UHGV virus genome: UHGV-0185745
DNA from: a virus
Length of the DNA stretch: 33,261 bases
Direction: 5' to 3' (one strand)
The notes under the pieces were generated by a model. It worked only from the letters and a program-made list of their open reading frames with translations. It did not search any database and was not told the origin of the DNA. Shown piece by piece: positions 27,357-33,261 of the stretch (position 1 is its first letter; each line of letters begins with the position of its first letter). The translations under genes were made by a program, and so were the position numbers.

Positions 27357-29654
27357 TCAGTAATGTTCACTACTGAACGCCATAAAGTTGGAGAATCCCG
27401 GCCACTCATCAGCGACCGGATACGTGAATTTTTTCCCGTCATAATTTACGGTCGCGCCACACGCCAGCGCCTCAAGCTCCCATCGCTGCGGCCTGATACC
27501 GTTCTGAGCAAGGTCAACGCGGATACGGGTGATTTGCAATCGTTCAGACCGGGTCAGTCTGGCCGATGGTGCAATTTCATGCGGTTTTAACGGGCTTCCG
27601 TTTCTTTGCTGACGATTTGGCGTTCTCAGCCCGTGTTTTAATGCGCCCCTGAGCGCCTTCACGACCTCCGGCTCATTCCATTCGATAACACCGTCATCAA
27701 CCAGATTAAGCACTGCTGCGGCGTGCTCAGAGGGTGTGGGAGCCGGTAACGAAGTATCACCACCGGTGACCTTTCCACAGTTATTGACAGGACTCCGAGG
27801 CGCGGCGATGCCGCTTTTTAAAGTCAAAGGCTCCACGACCGGAACTTTCGGAACAATGCGCCAGTCCGTCGTTCTGGTGATATGAATATGACGCGCGCCG
27901 AGATGCGGCGCGTAAATGCCGACCACTCTCTCGACTTCTTCCTCGTACTCGTTAACTTCATCCGACGGGCTACGGGCGACTCTGACAGTCTGGCAATTGC
28001 GCGGAACATTTGCCCCACCCTGCGCACTGATATACAACGCAAAATCGCCACTGTCTGCGGCGGCGCGTGCAGCCTCGACGCGCTCGTCAAACTCATCAGC
28101 AATGCTGACGCCGCGAGGCAATTTACGTAGTTCACGGTAAGCCCCCATTGTCGGCAGGCCAACCGTTTTAAATTGCGGGATGCGCCACGTTGACGCCCAT
28201 GCGGTAACAGCCGCCGCTGTGTCTTTCAGCGGCCTGCCGGTATCGTTATCGAGCTGACCATCCAGTGCATAGCCGTCGATGTTTTTTGAAATGTATTTCG
28301 CGATATACCCCGCAGCACCGCCCCGGTTAAGGTGTTTTGCCTGAAAACGGTTTCGCGCGGCTCCTCTTTCGCCGCCATCCTCTTTGAGCGCATAGCGACG
28401 CATGATTTCGATAATCTGGTTACGCTGGCGCGGATTACAAAAAAGCATCATATGCCAGTGCGGCGTTCCGTCGTGGTGTGGCTCGACGACACGCAAACCG
28501 TAGACCTGTAAATCATTATCCTTGAATGCCGTGCGCATCAGGCTCCAGATATGGCAGAGATAACGCTGCGCATCCTTTGGATTAAATGCCTCATCGTTCC
28601 AGCCGTGATTTAGCTGGACGGTTTTACTTTCGCCTTTTCCGACCTGACGTGTCGGGTGATACTTTGACGGCGCGGTCAGCGTGATAAACATCCCCACATC
28701 ACCCTCTGCTGCGGCGTAACGCTCAATACCGGCAATGGTGTTCATCAGCTCCATCCGGCGAATTTCAGGATTAGAAATACTGCCCATCACCTTACTGATA
28801 AGGTCGATGCGCTCGCCGGTTTCCCTGTTTTCAAGGTCACACGATTTAAGAAATTCCAGATTTGCCTGGCGGCGCGCACGCACATCACGAATGGCGTGTT
28901 TACTGGCATAAGGAGAACGGTCTTTATTGACCTCCCCGACAGCTATCAGTAACGCTTCATGCCAGCGCATACGCTGGCCTTTAAGCTGATGAGTCCACCA
29001 CTCATCGTTAAACAGACGGGCAATGGCAGAATATGCCTGCCTCGTGGTCATCTGTCCTTTACGGTATTTTTTCCAGTAAAGCGGGGAAATATTGAAAGCA
29101 CGTGCAGCGCCAGCAACATGACCATACAGATGCGCCTGCGCCTCATCCGTAAACAGCGATTCTTTTTCGCCATGCGCATCCACCCAGGCATCGCAGAGTT
29201 CCTCATACATCATGAAAAGCTGCGATGAGATACGGGCGGCAAACTTTTTCAGCTCCTTGTCATTCATCCCCGGCAGACGCGCATAGTGGTCACGCTCAGC
29301 CAGAAACAGCATCGACGCTTCGGTGTTCATTTCATGGCGCTGATTCACACGCTCAATGCGCGGCCATAAACGACGCTGAAAAGTGGATGTGAGAAAATAA
29401 AACCCGTGCACCGGGCTTTTATTGCGCCGGATGTAGTCATAGCGTGAAGTAAACAGCGAGCGCAAAAAGTAAGGCAGGCGGTTAATCGTGGATAAAACAC
29501 CTTGCACCTGACGCATCTCGTCACGTGTAAGAGGTCTTTCGCGCCAGACAGCCTCGCGTGGCGCGTTCCATGCATAAGCACCGGTAAACGCCTTACCGGT
29601 GCCTGCGGCAAATGCTGACGGAGGGACAAAACGCCCGGAGGCTTTAACGGCCAT
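27357..29654 (-). CDS. A: Replication initiation protein A (rolling-circle HUH nickase), ~765 aa
   Basis: HUH-like motif PHWHMML and tyrosine pair AGYIAKYISK; ATG at 29654 (MAVKASG...); the track ORF starts at an upstream TTG (29696). Confidence 0.9.
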   Translation of the reverse strand: MAVKASGRFVPPSAFAAGTGKAFTGAYAWNAPREAVWRERPLTRDEMRQVQGVLSTINRLPYFLRSLFTSRYDYIRRNKSPVHGFYFLTSTFQRRLWPRIERVNQRHEMNTEASMLFLAERDHYARLPGMNDKELKKFAARISSQLFMMYEELCDAWVDAHGEKESLFTDEAQAHLYGHVAGAARAFNISPLYWKKYRKGQMTTRQAYSAIARLFNDEWWTHQLKGQRMRWHEALLIAVGEVNKDRSPYASKHAIRDVRARRQANLEFLKSCDLENRETGERIDLISKVMGSISNPEIRRMELMNTIAGIERYAAAEGDVGMFITLTAPSKYHPTRQVGKGESKTVQLNHGWNDEAFNPKDAQRYLCHIWSLMRTAFKDNDLQVYGLRVVEPHHDGTPHWHMMLFCNPRQRNQIIEIMRRYALKEDGGERGAARNRFQAKHLNRGGAAGYIAKYISKNIDGYALDGQLDNDTGRPLKDTAAAVTAWASTWRIPQFKTVGLPTMGAYRELRKLPRGVSIADEFDERVEAARAAADSGDFALYISAQGGANVPRNCQTVRVARSPSDEVNEYEEEVERVVGIYAPHLGARHIHITRTTDWRIVPKVPVVEPLTLKSGIAAPRSPVNNCGKVTGGDTSLPAPTPSEHAAAVLNLVDDGVIEWNEPEVVKALRGALKHGLRTPNRQQRNGSPLKPHEIAPSARLTRSERLQITRIRVDLAQNGIRPQRWELEALACGATVNYDGKKFTYPVADEWPGFSNFMAFSSEHY

Positions 29655-29919
29655 ATGAGCCAAAAGCCTCTGAACAACGCTTGCTGAGTTGCTCAACCTG
29701 CGCGTTTAAATCAGCAAAAGATTTTGCGCTTCCGGTCAGAATATCGTGATGCATCAGGCCGGAAACGAGCTGGCTTAATTTCGGGTAATAACCAACCACC
29801 GCCAGCCATTCCTGACCGGCGTTTTTACCGCTTTCCGCTCTCTTTTTCTCGTGGAGAATAAACTGAAAGCTGTCACTGGTAACGACATAACGTTCGCCAA
29901 TTTCAATACGAATACTCAT
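29644..29919 (-). CDS. Hypothetical early protein, 91 aa
   Basis: ORF in the early operon between B and A; ATG start; overlaps A start. Confidence 0.5.
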   Translation of the reverse strand: MSIRIEIGERYVVTSDSFQFILHEKKRAESGKNAGQEWLAVVGYYPKLSQLVSGLMHHDILTGSAKSFADLNAQVEQLSKRCSEAFGSYGR

Positions 29920-30140
29920 GCCATTCTCCGGTAATGTTTGTTTTTTGCTTCAAAGACTGACTGACAGGAAACACAACGCGTGGCTGACGGATAAGCCGCA
30001 CGACGGGCAGCAGGTATTGGTGCGTCACACTCTTCGCAAACCAGCGCAGAAGCACCGCAATGTTTTACCCTTGCCGCGTTAATCTGGCGCTCCAGTAATT
30101 CAGCCTGTTGTTCCTGAATAAAATCCACGTTGTCCGGCAT
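29916..30140 (-). CDS. TraR/DksA-family C4 zinc-finger protein, 74 aa
   Basis: CEECDAPIP...CVSCQ four-Cys motif; typical small early-operon gene of P2-like phages. Confidence 0.6.
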   Translation of the reverse strand: MPDNVDFIQEQQAELLERQINAARVKHCGASALVCEECDAPIPAARRAAYPSATRCVSCQSVFEAKNKHYRRMA

Positions 30141-30142
30141 TA

Positions 30143-30442
30143 TCAGCTCCTTTTATCGTTAAGTTTCCTGGATACATCAGCGCAATAGCTGGCAAGTTCT
30201 GTCGTTAATTTTGTCAGTTCATCCACGGAGGAAATTTGCTTGTGGAATACAGCGCGTTTAACAAGTAAATTGACCACATCAGACAGGAGGTTTAATTCAT
30301 TCTGATAAATCGCGATTACAGATTCAGTTATGTCGCGTTTTTCTTTATCAAGACAAAGTTGAATAAGAGACAAATCGCCATTTTCCATAACGGCGATTTT
30401 TAAGGCGTTATTCAGTAATACAACTGAATAAGAACAGGACAT
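30143..30442 (-). CDS. Hypothetical early protein (99 aa from ATG 30442; alternative ATG 30388 gives 81 aa)
   Basis: ORF with coupled stop/start to the upstream gene; start uncertain. Confidence 0.45.
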   Translation of the reverse strand: MSCSYSVVLLNNALKIAVMENGDLSLIQLCLDKEKRDITESVIAIYQNELNLLSDVVNLLVKRAVFHKQISSVDELTKLTTELASYCADVSRKLNDKRS

Positions 30443-30666
30443 CAAAGCACCTCCCCGCGAGACAATCCGATATTGTGAAATTTTTCCGACTCCTGACTGA
30501 GCAGTTCGACTATCTCCACGCGGGATAACTCCGCCTTTGTGATATGGCGAATCATGGCGTCAAGATGAGAAGAAAAGCGCGTCGCAGCGTCGGCCTGTGC
30601 TTCGGTTCTGGCCTGTTGCAGCAGTAATGCGTATTTACCGCACTGATTTTCAGAAACTGTATGCAT
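30442..30666 (-). CDS. Hypothetical early protein, 74 aa
   Basis: ORF directly downstream of B in the same operon. Confidence 0.5.
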   Translation of the reverse strand: MHTVSENQCGKYALLLQQARTEAQADAATRFSSHLDAMIRHITKAELSRVEIVELLSQESEKFHNIGLSRGEVL

Positions 30667-30729
30667 GACTTTCTCCAGGCAAAAAGAAGCCCCGCACGAT
30701 TAAGTGCGTTAAAAACTCTGGTTAATTAT

Positions 30730-31230
30730 TTAATGCAGATATTGCTCTGGTTTTACCGACGTCAGAATTGTCGGTGCATACTCAAACAGGCTGAATAATT
30801 CACGTAATGCACGGAATAAAGCATCACGCCAGTAACATGACTCTTCATTAATTCGCCAGTATGGCTGGTTGAATTCTTTTTCAGTCAATCCGGCATGCAT
30901 AAATAAAGTACGACGCTGACTGACTGTTAAAAAACTAATATATGCATACTCACTTGCGCCAACCTGACGGCGTTTTGAGAATGCCCCACGCAATTCATCA
31001 ATTGCGCAAACCAGTCGTTCACGTTCGACGTCGTTCATTTCTTCAAAACGCATCGTTGCGTGACGCTGTTTTAACTGCGCATGGAAGCAAACCGTTAGCC
31101 GTTCACGTTCCATCATCTGATTATAATAATCGCATGTCTCCTGCCAGCGAGGGACGGCCAGATGCTTACCAATTATCCGGCGCATAGTTGCTGGCTGTTT
31201 TTCAACGAGATTGAGCGTCATCACTGTCAT
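30730..31230 (-). CDS. B: Replication protein B (helicase-loader-like), 166 aa
   Basis: ATG 31230 with GGAGG 8 nt upstream (MTVMTLNLVEKQ...), 166 aa as in P2 B. Confidence 0.85.
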   Translation of the reverse strand: MTVMTLNLVEKQPATMRRIIGKHLAVPRWQETCDYYNQMMERERLTVCFHAQLKQRHATMRFEEMNDVERERLVCAIDELRGAFSKRRQVGASEYAYISFLTVSQRRTLFMHAGLTEKEFNQPYWRINEESCYWRDALFRALRELFSLFEYAPTILTSVKPEQYLH

Positions 31231-31517
31231 TTCCATACCCTCCGGCTTTTCAGAAAGGTCAGAGCCTTTTTTAACGGACTCTGTTTTTTGGTGCGGATAA
31301 TGATTCCCTTGCGTCCCTTCCCGTGGGTGATGGTAAAGTCAATCGCCCTGGGGCTTTCGTTACGCAATAACTGAGCAATACAACGAGGCTCGTTCATCCT
31401 TTCCACCTTAAGCCGCACGGCCATGTCTTGATTTGCTGTAACTAATGCGATTTTTCCAGTCATGCCATTCTGTCGGAGCTTCATCAACCAGTTGGGCTGC
31501 GTACTTGTCCCACTCAC
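31227..31517 (-). CDS. Hypothetical small early protein (start uncertain; 78 aa if ATG 31463)
   Basis: ORF between cox-like gene and B; stop overlaps the B start (ATGA). Confidence 0.4.
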   Translation of the reverse strand: MSGTSTQPNWLMKLRQNGMTGKIALVTANQDMAVRLKVERMNEPRCIAQLLRNESPRAIDFTITHGKGRKGIIIRTKKQSPLKKALTFLKSRRVWK

Positions 31518-31779
31518 GGCGATTAATCCATAATTCAGCTTTCCCTCTTGGTTTTAATGGGTCTGTCATGTAGAAGGCTGGCAGCTTTCCTGCTTTAGCC
31601 ATTTCAGCCACCGCGCGTGGTGTCTTACCGATGTAAAGAGCAAAACCTTCTTTCGACAGCAAATCAGATGGGCGCTCTGAAATCTGAATGCTTTTACGTT
31701 TGGCTTCATTTTCGAAACTTGCCTCATCGCTAGTTGGACAAGAAATTTCTACATTTGTCGTCACTTTGCTATCCTCCAT
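31408..31779 (-). CDS. cox: Cox/Apl-like HTH regulator (excisionase / early-promoter switch protein), up to 123 aa
   Basis: First gene of the early operon, divergent from the repressor; HTH-like FALYIGKTPRAVAEMAKAGKLP; no SD upstream of ATG 31779, so the start is uncertain. Confidence 0.55.
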   Translation of the reverse strand: MEDSKVTTNVEISCPTSDEASFENEAKRKSIQISERPSDLLSKEGFALYIGKTPRAVAEMAKAGKLPAFYMTDPLKPRGKAELWINRREWDKYAAQLVDEAPTEWHDWKNRISYSKSRHGRAA

Positions 31780-31872
31780 AAGATTTGCGATTCACCAACT
31801 GGAGCCATCTAGAGCCTTTTTGAGTGAATCACAAATTACCAAGTAGCAATATAATTGGAGATTAGCAAAATT
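31780..31872. promoter_or_regulatory. Immunity switch region between cox-like gene and C (early/repressor promoters and operators)
   Basis: Short gap between divergent regulators; TATAAT at 31850-31855; similar half-sites GATTCACCAA / GAATCACAAA. Confidence 0.45.
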
Positions 31873-32172
31873 ATGTCAAGTGAACAAAGTGAGAAACTAA
31901 AGCTCATCCGTGAATCCGAACGCCTTAAAACTAAGGAACTTGCTGAATTAATTGGAATTAATTACTACACATATCATGGATATGAATCAGGAAAATCAAA
32001 AATGCCTATGGAAGCAGGTATGAAGCTGTTTAAGCATCCACGCTTTCGCAAGTATCGTGACTGGTTCATGTTTGATGAAACAGATCCAGCAGCTGGACAA
32101 ATAGCCCCGGCTCTCGCACACATTGGGCAAGACTCAACAACCTTGCACCACTCAGACCAGAAGACTGGCTGA
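31873..32172 (+). CDS. C: Immunity repressor C, 99 aa
   Basis: ATG 31873 preceded by GGAG; HTH LAELIGINYYTYHGYESG; gene immediately upstream of int; the track ORF starts at an upstream TTG. Confidence 0.75.
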   Translation: MSSEQSEKLKLIRESERLKTKELAELIGINYYTYHGYESGKSKMPMEAGMKLFKHPRFRKYRDWFMFDETDPAAGQIAPALAHIGQDSTTLHHSDQKTG

Positions 32173-32265
32173 CGATTTATTCAGCATATGTGTGTAGTAA
32201 ATGTACGAAAGAAAATTGCATTAATTTTCAAGTAGTAGAAGTAAACAGCGTCATCGGAGGGCTTT

Positions 32266-33261
32266 ATGTCTATTAAAAAGCTCGATGATGGTCGTTATGA
32301 AGTGGACGTCAGACCGCAGGGTGCAGATGGAAAACGTATCAGGCGGAAATTTAAAACTAAAGGTGAAGCTCAGGCATTCGAACGTCATGTACTGGTTAAC
32401 TACCACAACAAAGAGTGGTTGGAGAAACCAGCCGACCGCCGAACTCTTACAGAGTTGTTAGGTAGATGGTGGATATATCACGGAAAATCACATGAGCGTG
32501 GAGATATTGAACGGGGGCGTTTAACGACAATAATCGCCAAATTTGCAGAGATGGGAGTGTCCAGAGCTGACCAGCTAACAAAGAAAACGATAACTGATTA
32601 TCGCGTTGTAATGATGAACGATGGTCTAAAACCAGCCAGCGTAAATCGACATCTGGCAATAATGAGCGGGATGTTCACCAAGTTAATTGACGCCGGTGAA
32701 TACCACTCCCACAACCCGTTCCGTGAGATTAAACGGTTACGTGAAGCTGTTACGGAAATGGCTTTTTTGTCCAGTGAAGAGATTACGCGGCTGTTATCCA
32801 TGCTTGATGGTGATGAATTAAATGCAACTCTGGTCTGCCTTTCTACTGGTGGACGCTGGAGTGAAGTGTCTAATTTAAAAGCTGAACACATCATTAACCA
32901 GATGGTTACGTTTATGAAAACTAAAAACGGAAAACGCAGGACAATTCCCGTTTCGCAGGACCTGATTAAACGGATCAAGACCAAAAATTCAGGCAGGCTT
33001 TTTAATGCCAGTTACTACAAAGTGCGTAACGCTCTCAGGGAAGTAAAACCCGATTTACCTGACGGACAAGCAGTACATGTTTTGAGGCATACATTTGCCA
33101 CACATTTTATAATGAATGGAGGTAACATAATCACATTGCAGCGCATCCTGGGTCATTCTAATATTCAGCAAACTATGACCTACGCACACTTTGCACCGGA
33201 TTTCTTACAAGATGCTGTGACTCTTAACCCGGTGTCAGGAATGTCCATAATGCGTCCATAA
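32266..33261 (+). CDS. int: Tyrosine integrase, 331 aa
   Basis: C-terminal catalytic signature HVLRHTFATHFIMNGGNIITLQRILGHSNIQQTMTYAHF (R...HxxR...Y); GGAGGG RBS; terminal position. Confidence 0.9.
   Translation: MSIKKLDDGRYEVDVRPQGADGKRIRRKFKTKGEAQAFERHVLVNYHNKEWLEKPADRRTLTELLGRWWIYHGKSHERGDIERGRLTTIIAKFAEMGVSRADQLTKKTITDYRVVMMNDGLKPASVNRHLAIMSGMFTKLIDAGEYHSHNPFREIKRLREAVTEMAFLSSEEITRLLSMLDGDELNATLVCLSTGGRWSEVSNLKAEHIINQMVTFMKTKNGKRRTIPVSQDLIKRIKTKNSGRLFNASYYKVRNALREVKPDLPDGQAVHVLRHTFATHFIMNGGNIITLQRILGHSNIQQTMTYAHFAPDFLQDAVTLNPVSGMSIMRP

Overview
This window is a complete P2-like (Peduovirus-type) temperate phage genome in prophage configuration, about 33.2 kb. It starts at the stop codon of the late activator gene ogr and ends at the stop codon of the integrase gene, so the att junctions lie just outside. 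Identification rests on reading the six-frame translations: gene order and protein lengths match the classical P2 map (ogr-D-U-T-E/E'-FII-FI | cargo | G-H-I-J-W-V-S-R-lysC/lysB/lysA-K-Y-X-L-M-N-O / P-Q-cos | cargo | A-orfs-B-cox / C-int). No database search was possible, so all homology calls are from motif and synteny recognition. Two AT-rich accessory islands interrupt the GC-rich backbone at the two classical P2 cargo positions. Island 1 (about 6604-10310, where P2 carries Z/fun) holds a translationally coupled two-gene operon: an ABC-type ATPase followed by a TOPRIM-like protein, i.e. a split OLD-like architecture as in PARIS (AriA/AriB) or AbiL-type defence systems. It also holds a decayed copy of the 3' end of tail gene D and a structured non-coding stretch. 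Island 2 (about 25370-27356, where P2 carries tin/old) holds a single 493-aa protein with an N-terminal SIR2-like motif pattern and an unassigned C-terminal half; this is the best candidate for an undescribed single-gene defence effector. Other features supported by the sequence are the -1 programmed frameshift E/E', nested spanin genes lysB/lysC, the 19-nt P2 cos sequence, and intrinsic terminators after Q and after the SIR2-like gene.
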